Below are positions 29,503 through 41,554 of a DNA stretch of 64,000 nucleotides, piece after piece. The stretch lies in contig JBIIJN010000005.1 of NCBI GenBank assembly GCA_044233745.1, forward strand, positions 223 to 64,222, in the 5' to 3' direction. Numbering within the stretch: the first letter of the stretch is position 1; each line of letters opens with the position of its first letter. The notes beneath the pieces are model-generated. The model was not told where the DNA came from. It saw nothing but the letters and a program-made list of their open reading frames with translations, and did not search any database. The position numbers and the translations under genes were made by a program. The DNA comes from Crocinitomicaceae bacterium. Its GTDB lineage: Bacteria > Bacteroidota > Bacteroidia > Flavobacteriales_D > Crocinitomicaceae.

Positions 29503-29752
29503 CTACAATATTTTAATGATTTCTTTCAAGCAAATATTGAGTTCTTGCAGTTTGTCAGCTGATACAGGAATTTTATGAACACCTTCCATAATAACGTATC
29601 CGCCTTCCGATTTGATGTACTCGGTTGTTTTCTCAAGATTCACAACATAGGATTTTTGACAGCGCATAAAATTTTGGTGGTGAAACTGTAGATTCTATAA
29701 AAATGAACACACGGCCATGCTGCGCTTGATAAATCAAATCCGTTGGAAACAT
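29503..29752 (-). pseudogene. LytTR DNA-binding domain remnant (frameshifted, probably internally deleted)
   Basis: Minus-strand translation gives DLIYQAQHGRVFIFIES in one frame. In another frame it gives FHHQNFMRCQKSYVVNLEKTTEYIKSEGGYVIMEGVHKIPVSADKLQEL...*. Together these resemble a LytTR domain, but no intact ORF exists. Confidence 0.45.
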
Positions 29753-29997
29753 AAAACATTTTTTTATGATAGTTAAACTATCATTGGCATATTTCCGGTT
29801 TAAGTTTTATTTGAGATATCATGGCCTTAATAAAGTCTAATAAGCATTTCGTACAATTAAAGCGCCTTTTCATAAAGTGCTCATATCAATTGAAGCAGAG
29901 ACACATCGTTGCATCAGATAGCAGCAAAGAATTTTAGTTTTTTTCATGGCGGAAACCTCGGATTAGCAATGGCTGACCGGGGTTTTTTCTTGGATGT

Positions 29998-31380
29998 TTA
30001 TCCGATTTTTGCTCCCATCAGGGCCAACATTTTGAATTGCGTGATGATACCGTCATCGGTCATGTACAATTGGTCGAAACTCAAGCCAGTCATTTTGAAT
30101 TTGATTTCAACGGATTCATGAGGCTTCATTCCATTGAGTTGTTGGTTCATCTCCTTTTTCATGTCATCCAAATCTTGTTTGATGGAATATTTTGAATTTT
30201 CTTTAATCAACTTGAGCACCTTGCCAGAAAGCATCCAACTCAGCGATTTCACCAACACGTTTTTGGTATTCACATGATAATCAAGCTCGTCCAAATAAAT
30301 CTCTGATGTTTCGGCATTGTATTTCGGTATTCCCCTCAAGAAAAGCCAGCCTTGTACTTTACCATCAATTCGAATAGCGATAATTAATTTTTTCTCGCTG
30401 TGCCAAAGCTTAATTTCTTCTAACGTCACGTCTTTTTTGCCATCGTAAAGTATGGTTCCTTTGAGTTGGTTGGTAAAAAGTTCATTCAATTCTAAATAAG
30501 GTGTTTCCACGGGCAAAACTACTTCAATGTCCTTACGCAACGGCGTATCTGATTTGAATTGAATGTCACTAATTTTATCAGCTTTGGCGGGTTTCGGACC
30601 CATCGTGGTTTTCATTTTGGCGCGCAAATTCACGTCCAAAACAATTTTCTCGGTATTCATGCGCAGTGGCGTGGTGAGAAAAGCTATGGGCATAACTTGC
30701 AACCACATTTTGTATTCTTCACTTAAGAGCACAGGCTCGCGAAATCCTTGCATATAATCAATGAGTAAGGGTTTGAAATCCAACATACCTTTCAAAGAGC
30801 CATCTATCCCGCTGGAAATTGATGAAGCGTTCATTTCAATAAGTGGGTCAACAGCATATCCTACTGGTATTTTTTTACCATAAAATTCCATGGTTGGACT
30901 CTCCTGCCAATGGATTTTATCCACCTTAGTACGCGTGGTCATGGCACATTCTTCAAGCTTCACGATAGACAATAAATTCACGATACCTTTCATTCTGAAT
31001 TCTTTGATGTCATACATGCCGAGCGCGCCATATCTATACCACACGCGAGCACTTACGGGCACTGAAATTTGAATTTGATTGATTTTAAACGCAAATTTTA
31101 CAGGACCAGTTTTGGTTAAATGCACTTTCAGACCATCTTTATTGAAGTCTTTATCGTCCATGAGTTTTTCGGGCATCACATCATTTACCTGCTTTTCCAA
31201 TTCGGCCCATGTGAGGGAAACACCAACATTGAGAATAGAGATTGGCACATCAAAAGGCACTTTTTCCGCAAGGGTTTCTTCTGGTTTTGGAATTTCTATT
31301 TTTTTTGTACTAGAGCATGCGGGTATCACCAATAAACTCAACAATACCACTAGTCCGGTTCCCCATTTCAAAAGAATCAT
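29998..31380 (-). CDS. lipoprotein, DUF4403-like (family name from memory, unverified)
   Basis: 460-aa ORF with the lipoprotein signal LLVIPACSS. No catalytic motif is visible. Confidence 0.5.
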   Translation of the reverse strand: MILLKWGTGLVVLLSLLVIPACSSTKKIEIPKPEETLAEKVPFDVPISILNVGVSLTWAELEKQVNDVMPEKLMDDKDFNKDGLKVHLTKTGPVKFAFKINQIQISVPVSARVWYRYGALGMYDIKEFRMKGIVNLLSIVKLEECAMTTRTKVDKIHWQESPTMEFYGKKIPVGYAVDPLIEMNASSISSGIDGSLKGMLDFKPLLIDYMQGFREPVLLSEEYKMWLQVMPIAFLTTPLRMNTEKIVLDVNLRAKMKTTMGPKPAKADKISDIQFKSDTPLRKDIEVVLPVETPYLELNELFTNQLKGTILYDGKKDVTLEEIKLWHSEKKLIIAIRIDGKVQGWLFLRGIPKYNAETSEIYLDELDYHVNTKNVLVKSLSWMLSGKVLKLIKENSKYSIKQDLDDMKKEMNQQLNGMKPHESVEIKFKMTGLSFDQLYMTDDGIITQFKMLALMGAKIG

Positions 31381-31453
31381 AGTTCAGAATTTTGCACGAA
31401 ATTAATCAATATTTTCACTGGTAATAGCACAACCTACTGAAGCACTTATTTAA

Positions 31454-31461
31454 TATCTTTG
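31454..31461 (+). promoter_or_regulatory. possible -7 promoter box (TATCTTTG) upstream of lemA
   Basis: Matches TAnnTTTG 15 nt upstream of the ATG at 31477. No TTG is present at -33. Confidence 0.3.
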
Positions 31462-31476
31462 ACCAAATAATTTACT

Positions 31477-32022
31477 ATGACATTTTACATATCATTAAGC
31501 ATTTTTGTTGTTCTCATTTTGTTTATTGTTTTGGTTTACAATAGATTAGTCAGTTTGCGTAACCTAGCTAGAGAAGCGTGGAGCGGCATTGATGTGCAGT
31601 TGAAAAAACGTCATGAACTTATTCCAAGGTTGGTTGATGTTGTGAAAGGATATGCCAGTCATGAGCAAAATTTGCTAACACATATCACCGAATTGCGGAA
31701 TTTAGCTACGAAAGAAAACGATTTGAAAGCACAAGAAAAGGTGCAGATTGGCATTGCTCAAGATTTGGGAAAACTGTTTGTGATTGTAGAAAATTATCCT
31801 GAGTTAAAAGCCAACGAGAACTTTGCTCAGTTGCAAATTGAGATATCAAAAGTTGAACACGATTTGCAAAGAGCGCGCAGGTATTATAATGGGTCTGTGC
31901 GAGATTTGAACACGAAAATCCAGCAATTTCCGTCGAATATTATTGCGTCTATTTTTAAGTTTGAAGATGAACCTTTTTTCGACATACAAAATGAATCTGA
32001 GCGATCCGTTCCTCAAATGTAA
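31477..32022 (+). CDS. lemA: LemA family protein
   Basis: N-terminal TM helix followed by the LemA pattern (LVSLRN...WSGIDVQLKRRHELIP...ENYPELKANENF). Confidence 0.85.
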   Translation: MTFYISLSIFVVLILFIVLVYNRLVSLRNLAREAWSGIDVQLKKRHELIPRLVDVVKGYASHEQNLLTHITELRNLATKENDLKAQEKVQIGIAQDLGKLFVIVENYPELKANENFAQLQIEISKVEHDLQRARRYYNGSVRDLNTKIQQFPSNIIASIFKFEDEPFFDIQNESERSVPQM

Positions 32023-32027
32023 GCCCA

Positions 32028-33731
<1,704 letters not shown>

Positions 33732-33732
33732 C

Positions 33733-33963
33733 TTAATTGTCTTCATTTTTCAAGGCCTCAATTTCCTTGCGAAACAAACGACAACTGTCTTCATAAGCAC
33801 CCAAATCGTCTTTCAAGCGCACAACTTCACCAAAATTGGCATCATAAAGCACTTTTTCTTCGGTGTAGATTTCTGTAATCTTATTGATTTGCAGTTGCTG
33901 CCAAATGATTATTACCATCATACATAGGTAAAGGAGCAAGAGAATCGCACTTTTTTTGTTCAT
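33733..33963 (-). CDS. small single-TM coiled-coil protein (FtsB/DivIC-like, tentative)
   Basis: 76 aa with an N-terminal TM helix followed by a charged helical region. Confidence 0.35.
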   Translation of the reverse strand: MNKKSAILLLLYLCMMVIIIWQQLQINKITEIYTEEKVLYDANFGEVVRLKDDLGAYEDSCRLFRKEIEALKNEDN

Positions 33964-33976
33964 AAACTTGTTTGTT

Positions 33977-35158
33977 TTAGAAGTCTTCGGGTAATTTTTC
34001 GAGATGCTGAAAGTAGTCTGATTTTTCGAGAACTCGGATAATTATATTCGGAAAATAGTAGCGCAGAATTTGAGTGAAATGATAGCCTTGTCGTGCCATT
34101 TCCATTGCACCTTCTTGGCAGAGTCCTACGCCATGACCATAGCCAAATCCCTCAAGAATTACATAATCTTCGTGTTCGTAACAGGAAAAATAAGTGGATT
34201 TTAATTTGAATTCCTGCCGTATATCCCGCAGCGGAATGCCCAATTCGGGTCCATGAAAAAAAGCCAATCGGTGTTCTTGTACAAAATGAAATATTTTTTC
34301 GCGATAGACAGAATCGTAAATCGGATAGTCATAATTGTTTACCAAAAAATCTATCCATTGTTGCTTCGGAATTTTTTTCGACCATCGTGCCTGTGCTGTT
34401 TTGATGCAAAATGTGTCTTTGAATGGCTGGAGATACGGCACCGAATTGTTCCAAACATGGGAGGCATCGCAGGTTTCACCTCCACAATTGGCATAGAAAA
34501 ATGCGTCTATCAGTCGGTTTTTGTCATCTACCATCACCATACCATCGGTTTGCACAACGGCTCTGTTGATTAATGGTGTTTTTATCTGCCGGTGATGATA
34601 GGCCTGGCAATGTACTTGGTCGCACAATTGGAACCCATCAGCTCTGTGTTTGTCTTGGTACTTGAGTGCATAGGTTCTACTCATGATGGCTTGCACCATG
34701 TAGTAAGTTTCGGTATGCCCAGTGCCACCTTCGCATTCCACAACACCGGAAAGATAATGTTCTATAGAAACCTGATTCACCAAGCGCAAAGCACCATTTG
34801 GGTTAGTCGCTGATAAGTCTCCATGGTATTCGCGCGCTTTGGATTTTGGGGATATGGAAAGAAATTCAAGAATATCACTCTTCACTGTTCCACGAATCAT
34901 GACTTGATTGAAATTTCCCAAAACTTCACCGTTCATTGTAGTGCGCACTCTGTTTTGGGTGTTGGTTTCAAGCACAATGGATTGACCTGGCACAAGTTCG
35001 GCCGCCTTGAAATTATCGCCAATCACCAAGTAGGTTCCTTGCATCACTTTGATTTCGATTTTTGTGGTGCTCTGATTGCGCAACACACCAATGTGCATGG
35101 TTTGCAACCAAGCCGAAACAGGCAGCAATAACGCTATGATACAGAAGAATGTCCGCAT
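33977..35158 (-). CDS. SpoIID/LytB domain protein
   Basis: Signal peptide plus SpoIID-like motifs (MSRTYALKY, FYANCGGETCDASHVW, GHGVGLCQEGA). Confidence 0.8.
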   Translation of the reverse strand: MRTFFCIIALLLPVSAWLQTMHIGVLRNQSTTKIEIKVMQGTYLVIGDNFKAAELVPGQSIVLETNTQNRVRTTMNGEVLGNFNQVMIRGTVKSDILEFLSISPKSKAREYHGDLSATNPNGALRLVNQVSIEHYLSGVVECEGGTGHTETYYMVQAIMSRTYALKYQDKHRADGFQLCDQVHCQAYHHRQIKTPLINRAVVQTDGMVMVDDKNRLIDAFFYANCGGETCDASHVWNNSVPYLQPFKDTFCIKTAQARWSKKIPKQQWIDFLVNNYDYPIYDSVYREKIFHFVQEHRLAFFHGPELGIPLRDIRQEFKLKSTYFSCYEHEDYVILEGFGYGHGVGLCQEGAMEMARQGYHFTQILRYYFPNIIIRVLEKSDYFQHLEKLPEDF

Positions 35159-35193
35159 TTCTACAAAAGTACGGGGCTATGAATTCAAAAATC

Positions 35194-36318
35194 TTACCGT
35201 TTTGCAATACTTTTCAACATATGCTGTGCAGTTCTTTCGCTAGCTCCACCGCCGCCAAGGAGATTTTCTAGTTCTAAATAGCCATCTTTTATGATTTGGG
35301 CTTGTGGTCCGTTGATGATTTTATCCAACTCCTCTTGCATGCGCCTTGGATTGCATTCGTGTTGTATTAACTCTGTCACCAATTCTCTGTTTAAAATCAG
35401 ATTCACCAAAGAGATATAGGGCACTTTGATGAGTCTCTTGGCAATATGATAGGAAATAGGGGAGCCTTTATAGCAAACCACTTGCGGTACTCCAAAAAGT
35501 GCTGTTTCTAGAGTAGCTGTGCCACTGGTAACCAAAGCCACGCTAGCAGTACTCAACAAATCGTAGGTTAATCCGAAAACGATTTTTACAGGTATTTGTC
35601 CACATAGCGATCGGTAGTAGCTTTCTGATTGATTGGGCGCTCCAGCAATTACAATTTGATGACTGACCATATATTTTTGCGCCGCTTCAAGCATCAGGGG
35701 TAGCTTTATACCGATTTCTTGTTTTCTGCTTCCGGGAAGCAAGGCCATAATGGGGCGCTGATCCAATTGATTGTCTGTAAGAAACTGGGGTTTATTGAAA
35801 GTATTCGCTCTAAATTGTGCGATGGCGTCAATCAAGGGGTGACCAACGAAGTGTGCATCAACATTAAATTTTTTATAGAATTCCTTTTCAAAAGGGAGAA
35901 TGCAATACAGCTCATCTACAACTTCACGGATAAGGTGACCTCGGTTTTGCTTCCATGCCCAAATCTGTGGTGAAATGTAGTATAAAACTTGAATATTGTG
36001 TTCTTTAGCCCATTTAGCTATGCGCAGATTGAAGCCTGGATAATCAATTAAAATGAGTGCATCTGGCTGAAAGTCAAGTATGTCTTTTTTACAAAACTTG
36101 ATATTTTTTAGAATAGTTCCGAGATTCATCAAAACTTCGATAAAACCCATGAATGCCAATTCTTGGATATGTTTTCTGGGTGACCCAGCTACTTTTGCCA
36201 TGCGATCGCCACCCCAAAAACGAAACGAAATCTCAGGTTCTTCTTTCAACAAAGACTTCAAAAGGTTGCTGCCGTGCAAATCGCCAGAAGCCTCACCCGC
36301 TATTACGTAAATTTTCAT
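35194..36318 (-). CDS. lpxB: lipid-A-disaccharide synthase
   Basis: N-terminal MKIYVIAGEASGDLHGSNL and LpxB-like sequence over the full length. Confidence 0.9.
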   Translation of the reverse strand: MKIYVIAGEASGDLHGSNLLKSLLKEEPEISFRFWGGDRMAKVAGSPRKHIQELAFMGFIEVLMNLGTILKNIKFCKKDILDFQPDALILIDYPGFNLRIAKWAKEHNIQVLYYISPQIWAWKQNRGHLIREVVDELYCILPFEKEFYKKFNVDAHFVGHPLIDAIAQFRANTFNKPQFLTDNQLDQRPIMALLPGSRKQEIGIKLPLMLEAAQKYMVSHQIVIAGAPNQSESYYRSLCGQIPVKIVFGLTYDLLSTASVALVTSGTATLETALFGVPQVVCYKGSPISYHIAKRLIKVPYISLVNLILNRELVTELIQHECNPRRMQEELDKIINGPQAQIIKDGYLELENLLGGGGASERTAQHMLKSIAKR

Positions 36319-36612
36319 CTAAATGAGCGTAATTACGATTGGCACAGTGTAAGCCAATGTTACCCCAACCAAACCAACGGTGAATTGATACCATTTGAGT
36401 TGAAAATTGCTGAAGTAAAACAAAACCAAATTTGGAATCATAGAAAAAACCAAAGGGTTGTTTCGATTCACCTTGTCGGCCATCAAATATTCATAATAAG
36501 AACTCAGATTGAAGGTGTCAAACTTCCATTGCCAGTAGGCCAAAAATGCTAGAATGGGAAGGATGGCTCCAAAAAGCATCCCAATATAGGTTTTATCAAG
36601 TTTTGTTTTCAT
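36319..36612 (-). CDS. small integral membrane protein
   Basis: 97 aa with three hydrophobic helices. Its stop directly abuts the lpxB start. Confidence 0.5.
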   Translation of the reverse strand: MKTKLDKTYIGMLFGAILPILAFLAYWQWKFDTFNLSSYYEYLMADKVNRNNPLVFSMIPNLVLFYFSNFQLKWYQFTVGLVGVTLAYTVPIVITLI

Positions 36613-36684
36613 GTTTAATTTATTCTAGATTCGCAATGCACGATTTGAAGTTATGTGATACACGAAATTTCAAATCACATTTTT

Positions 36685-37473
36685 TTATTTCTCCAATTTC
36701 CAATTGTTTAAAGTGGGTAAAACGTTGTGTGCCGTCATGTCAAATTGTATGGGCACAACGGAAGCAAAGCCATTGTTGAGTGCCCAAACATCTGTGTCTT
36801 CGCCTGCATCAAAATTCTCGAATTCACCTGTGAGCCAATAATAGGCTTTGCCAAATTGGTCAATTCGCTTATCGAAACTATCTTTCCAAAAGGCATGTGC
36901 TTGCCTGCAAAGTTTAATTCCCTTGAATTCGGTGCTCTTCACTTTTGGCACATTGACATTCAAACAAATATTTTTCGGAAAGTCGTTCTCCAAAGCGCCT
37001 TGCATCATAGTGTGAATCACTTGCACGCTCACATCAAAATCAGCATCTGCGGCAAAATCATCGAGTGAAAATCCAATAGCCGGGATGTTTTCAAGGGCGC
37101 CTTCAACAGCTGCAGACATGGTTCCAGAATAGAGTACGTTCGTTGAACTGTTATTCCCATGGTTTACGCCAGAAACCAAAAAATCTGGTTTGTGTCCATC
37201 CAAAATTTCGTAAATCGCTAATTTCACGCAATCTACAGGTGTGCCCGAACAGGCAAACGCTTGAATGCCATCAAAGCCGTGATAAGGAGTCAAACGCAAA
37301 ATATCGTGAACGGAAATAGCGTGTCCCATACCCGATTGAGGTTTGTCGGGCGCAACGACTAATATTTGTCCAAAAGGGCGCACGGCTTCAACCAAGGAAG
37401 AGATGCCTTTTGCCGTGATACCATCGTCATTGGTAACCAATATCAAGGGTTTGTTTTTTTCAAAATTTACCAT
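36685..37473 (-). CDS. surE: 5'/3'-nucleotidase SurE
   Basis: ILVTNDDGITAKG motif and SurE-like sequence over the full length. Confidence 0.9.
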   Translation of the reverse strand: MVNFEKNKPLILVTNDDGITAKGISSLVEAVRPFGQILVVAPDKPQSGMGHAISVHDILRLTPYHGFDGIQAFACSGTPVDCVKLAIYEILDGHKPDFLVSGVNHGNNSSTNVLYSGTMSAAVEGALENIPAIGFSLDDFAADADFDVSVQVIHTMMQGALENDFPKNICLNVNVPKVKSTEFKGIKLCRQAHAFWKDSFDKRIDQFGKAYYWLTGEFENFDAGEDTDVWALNNGFASVVPIQFDMTAHNVLPTLNNWKLEK

Positions 37474-37625
37474 AGGGCGAAGATAGGAAATGTTGGGGAA
37501 GTAGATTAGATATTTCTAAAAACGGATTCTTGTTTTTAATAGATTGAGGAGCTATAAATTTTGTAAACACCATACTTATTGATTTATAAAATTGCTTTAT
37601 TTGAACTTTTAATACGCTGATAGAA

Positions 37626-38378
37626 ATGAATGAACTACTTGAATTTGATAACCATTACCATATCTATAATCATGCGAATGGTTTTGAAAATCTTTTTCGC
37701 GAAACTAAAAATTATCATTTTTTCTTGGAGAAATACAAGAAACATATTCAGCCGATAGCAGAAACGATTTCGTGGTGTTTGATGCCAAATCACTTTCATG
37801 TACTTGTTAGAATAAAAACGTGGCAAGAAATCTTAGATTATTTTCAGGAACAAGCGAGATTACAAGAGGAGCTTAATCGGTCAGATGAATTTTCGTCTTT
37901 TCGAGATTCAACATTTCCAAAGTTTCGAACTTTGGAAATGTTCTCGAAAGACGAAAATTCATCCTCTTACCCCAAAAATACATCTCCCCGTTTATTACCA
38001 AACGGAAAAGTATTGGATGAATATTTTCTCAGCAAACAATTTGCTAATTTTTTTAGTAGCTACACGCAGTCGTTTAATAAAGTTTACCAGCGGAGAGGCT
38101 CTTTGTTCATCAAGAACTTCAAACGTGTAACAGTAACAAACGACAATTATTATAGAAACTTGGTCCTCTACATCCATCTCAATCCAATTCACCACGGTTT
38201 TACAAGCAAGGAACTTGAATGGCCATGGACATCTTATTTAGATTTTCCAGAGGAATTTCCTGCTTTACTTCAACATTATTTCGGCGACCTAGAGAATTAC
38301 AAATGGATGCACAAACAGAAAATTTTGAAATTCGATGAATACGATAAAATCGAAGCTGACATCAACGAGTCTTTTTAA
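37626..38378 (+). CDS. RAYT-like HUH (Y1) transposase family protein (IS200-like fold)
   Basis: HUH motif PNHFHVLVR. The C-terminal RGSLFIKNFKRVTV...YRNLVLYIHLNPIHHGF carries the catalytic-Tyr helix pattern of REP-associated tyrosine transposases. Confidence 0.65.
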   Translation: MNELLEFDNHYHIYNHANGFENLFRETKNYHFFLEKYKKHIQPIAETISWCLMPNHFHVLVRIKTWQEILDYFQEQARLQEELNRSDEFSSFRDSTFPKFRTLEMFSKDENSSSYPKNTSPRLLPNGKVLDEYFLSKQFANFFSSYTQSFNKVYQRRGSLFIKNFKRVTVTNDNYYRNLVLYIHLNPIHHGFTSKELEWPWTSYLDFPEEFPALLQHYFGDLENYKWMHKQKILKFDEYDKIEADINESF

Positions 38379-40411
38379 ACCGCATCAATCACAAATTCAG
38401 TTCGTCTATTCAATGCACGATTGGATTCAGAAGTGTTTGGCTTTTTCGGTTTTGTTTCGCCGAATCCCGCAAATTTCAATCGTGATGCTTTTACGCCTTC
38501 TGCAACCAAGAAATCCATAACTGCTTTGGCACGGTTGATTGAAAGTGTCATGTTCTTTGCATCATCGCCAACGTCATCTGTGTGTCCATGAATGGAAACG
38601 TTTATCGTGGCATTGGCTTTTAAAAACTGCGCAAATTGTCGTAAAATAAACTTCGAACGCTCAGAAAGTTCATATGAATTTGTAGCGAATAGAATATCGT
38701 TTATGGTGTAACTTGCGCCAACTTCAATTGGGCGTATTTCCATGTTTTGGTTGCGAGAAAAAGTTTCATTGGCCACCGTTTCTTGGTCGATCAATCTTGA
38801 ATCAAATGCCGAACCCTCTCGATTGATGGTTAGCATCACGTCTTGAGGTTTGTCGGTTTGAATAACTGCTGCATATCTCCCATCGTTGCCATTCACGCGG
38901 ACCTGCTCAACTGTACCGTCAGCATAGTTGATGTCTATAGACACGTCGCTTAAATCTTCTTGGTCTTTGGCACTTAATTCTCCTTTCACAAAAAGCACTT
39001 TTTTGGGGCGCGCCTCTGCATAAAGTTCAAAGGAATAAATGTTCCAAACGCCTCTTTCACGACTTGAAAAATAGGCCAAAGTGCCATCGGTTGATACAAA
39101 AAGTCCAATTTCATCTGAGTCTGAATTAATTGGAAATCCAATGTTTACTGGCTTTGTCCATTTTCCGTTATCATCTAATCGGGTATAGAATATGTCTAAT
39201 CCTCCTACACCTTCTCGACCTGGTCCAACATCGGAAACAAAATACAAGGTATGCGAGTCTTGGTGTATAAATGGTGATTTGTCGCGTCCGGCTGTGTTGA
39301 TATCTTTAAAAGGTACAGCCAACGACCATTTGCCATCGGCATCTCTTTTGGAAATATAGATATCGTCTTTTTGTGTATTGGGTCGAACTGCCGTGAAAAA
39401 CAAGGAGTTACCATCTGCTGAGAGTGAGGGCTGACCTTCCCATCCATCTTTTGTATTGATATTTGAACCCAAATTCTCTAATTTAGTCCAATTGAATTTG
39501 CCATTTGCATCGCGCTCATATTTAGTTGAATACAAATCGCAATTGTTGTATTGTTGACCAAAAACGGTTTCTGTTTTGCAGGCACAAAGAATCATTTCCT
39601 TATTATCAACCGATACGGTAGAAGCGCCATAATTGTTGAAGGTGCCATCGTTAAAAGGAAATGGCAGGGGAGTACCACTGTTAAAAGGTGCGTTTAACTC
39701 TGTTCTCGACGCCACTGTAAATTCTTCAACAACCTTGGAAGTAATAGCGCCTAAGTCTTTTTTATCTACACGACGGGTAAAAAACATCAGTTCATTGTCG
39801 GGTGAAATGGTAGGGAAAAACTCATCGAGTGCCGTAGAAACATTGCGCACAATGGTCGGATTAAAGGGTACCGGATTGCCCAAGGAGGTTTCATCATTTT
39901 TCACTTGTCCAATCAGCTTTAATGCTTCTGATTTTTTCTTGTCATAATCTTCGGGATAGCGTGTGGCGTCTGTGCTTTTATAGTCGATGAATTTTTGGAA
40001 TTGTTGTTTTGCAGCATCTTTTTCTCCAAGCATGTAGTGAATACCACCCAAATAGAAATACACGTCAGCATGATAATTGTCACAAAGCGCCAAACATTTT
40101 TCGAATAATCCTTGTGCTTTTTTGAGTTGTTTTTCAGCTTTTTGCACATTCATTTTAGCTGTTTCTTGGGCTTCATTGAAGGTGTACATGGCAAATTCAA
40201 AAAACACCATCGCATTTTCAGGCGCAGCATCCGTGGCATCTTTGAAAAGCAGAGCCGCGTCTTGAGCCGATGCTGATGTCGCCTTTTCTACAATTTTAAG
40301 GATTTTTTTGTCGGGAGGCATGCACGATGCATCTTCTTCATCTTGGGCAAATGAAATGGGAGCTACAAAAAGGGGGATAAATGCTGCAAGTAATATTTTT
40401 CTCATGATCAA
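38375..40411 (-). CDS. OmpA-family protein with TPR and TolB-like beta-propeller repeats
   Basis: Signal peptide, TPR-like N-terminus and WD40-like repeats. The C-terminal OmpA domain reads FATNSYEL...NRAKAV...NRRTEFVI. Confidence 0.85.
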   Translation of the reverse strand: MIMRKILLAAFIPLFVAPISFAQDEEDASCMPPDKKILKIVEKATSASAQDAALLFKDATDAAPENAMVFFEFAMYTFNEAQETAKMNVQKAEKQLKKAQGLFEKCLALCDNYHADVYFYLGGIHYMLGEKDAAKQQFQKFIDYKSTDATRYPEDYDKKKSEALKLIGQVKNDETSLGNPVPFNPTIVRNVSTALDEFFPTISPDNELMFFTRRVDKKDLGAITSKVVEEFTVASRTELNAPFNSGTPLPFPFNDGTFNNYGASTVSVDNKEMILCACKTETVFGQQYNNCDLYSTKYERDANGKFNWTKLENLGSNINTKDGWEGQPSLSADGNSLFFTAVRPNTQKDDIYISKRDADGKWSLAVPFKDINTAGRDKSPFIHQDSHTLYFVSDVGPGREGVGGLDIFYTRLDDNGKWTKPVNIGFPINSDSDEIGLFVSTDGTLAYFSSRERGVWNIYSFELYAEARPKKVLFVKGELSAKDQEDLSDVSIDINYADGTVEQVRVNGNDGRYAAVIQTDKPQDVMLTINREGSAFDSRLIDQETVANETFSRNQNMEIRPIEVGASYTINDILFATNSYELSERSKFILRQFAQFLKANATINVSIHGHTDDVGDDAKNMTLSINRAKAVMDFLVAEGVKASRLKFAGFGETKPKKPNTSESNRALNRRTEFVIDAV

Positions 40412-40510
40412 GTCTTTTCCAATTTTCTGAATATTGCGATATTCTTTTCAAAAAGCATACCGAACAAGTTGAATAACGAAAATCGGGTAAGCTTGTTACA
40501 TTTTTAATGA

Positions 40511-40927
40511 CTAATGTTGGACAATTAATACGGTCAATCGCCCCGTGCAAATCAAGTCACCATTGTCTTTATTGTGGATGTCAACTTGCCAAATATGAGT
40601 TCGTCTACCGCCGTGCACAAGTTTGGCCCTAGCGCTCACCATACCTGTTCGGATACCTTTCACGTGATTGGCATTTATTTCTACGCCTACAGGATGCTCC
40701 TTGTTTAAATCAATTAAAAGTGTTGAACCAACCGAGCCAATGGTTTCAATAATATAGGCGCTTACCCCACCATGAAGCAGGCCCATAGGTTGGTGCGCTT
40801 TCGGTGTCACCGGCATTTCCATGACCAAATAGTCATCTCCAATTTCGGTGAATGTCATACCCAAATAAGCAGAAACAGATTCCCCCATCATGCTGTTCAT
40901 GAGAGACAAATCAACTTTTTTTAGCAT
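40511..40927 (-). CDS. PaaI-family hotdog thioesterase
   Basis: 138 aa with LHGGVSAYIIETIGS and the hotdog-fold pattern. Confidence 0.75.
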   Translation of the reverse strand: MLKKVDLSLMNSMMGESVSAYLGMTFTEIGDDYLVMEMPVTPKAHQPMGLLHGGVSAYIIETIGSVGSTLLIDLNKEHPVGVEINANHVKGIRTGMVSARAKLVHGGRRTHIWQVDIHNKDNGDLICTGRLTVLIVQH

Positions 40928-40939
40928 CTCGCCACAGTT

Positions 40940-41554
40940 TTAGAAAAGTCCGTTTATTTCCGAGTCGATGTTGAGGATAATTTTCCCAAGGTCTTCATCG
41001 TTTTCGTTGAAATTGTTGTTGTCTACATCTACAATCAGGAGTTTGCCTTTGTCGTAGGTTGAAATCCAAGCTTCGTAGCGTTCATTTAACCTTTTTAAGT
41101 AGTCAATTCGGATACTTTCTTCATACTCACGACCACGTTTTTGAATTTGATTCACCAATGTTGGAACGCTGGCACGTAGATAAATGAGTAGGTCTGGCGA
41201 TGAAATGAAGCCATCCATCAAGTTGAATAAAGAAAAATAGTTTTCAAAATCACGTGTGGTCATTAAACCCATAGAATGTAAATTCGGAGCAAAAATATAG
41301 GCGTCTTCATAGATTGTTCTATCTTGAATCACCGTTTTTTCACTTTTTTTAATCTCTTGGATTTGTGTGAATCTTGAATTCAAATAATAAATCTGCAAGT
41401 TGAAAGACCAGCGCTGCATGTCATCATAGAAATCATTGAGATAAGGGTTGTGCTCAACGTCTTCAAAATGTGTATCCCAATTATAATGTTTCGCTAATAG
41501 TGAAGTTAGCGTTGTTTTTCCTGAACCGATATTCCCTGCGATAGCAATATGCAT
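40940..41554 (-). CDS. deoxynucleoside kinase
   Basis: P-loop IAGNIGSGKTT plus the dNK pattern (NPYLNDFY...WSFNLQIYYLNSRF). Confidence 0.85.
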   Translation of the reverse strand: MHIAIAGNIGSGKTTLTSLLAKHYNWDTHFEDVEHNPYLNDFYDDMQRWSFNLQIYYLNSRFTQIQEIKKSEKTVIQDRTIYEDAYIFAPNLHSMGLMTTRDFENYFSLFNLMDGFISSPDLLIYLRASVPTLVNQIQKRGREYEESIRIDYLKRLNERYEAWISTYDKGKLLIVDVDNNNFNENDEDLGKIILNIDSEINGLF

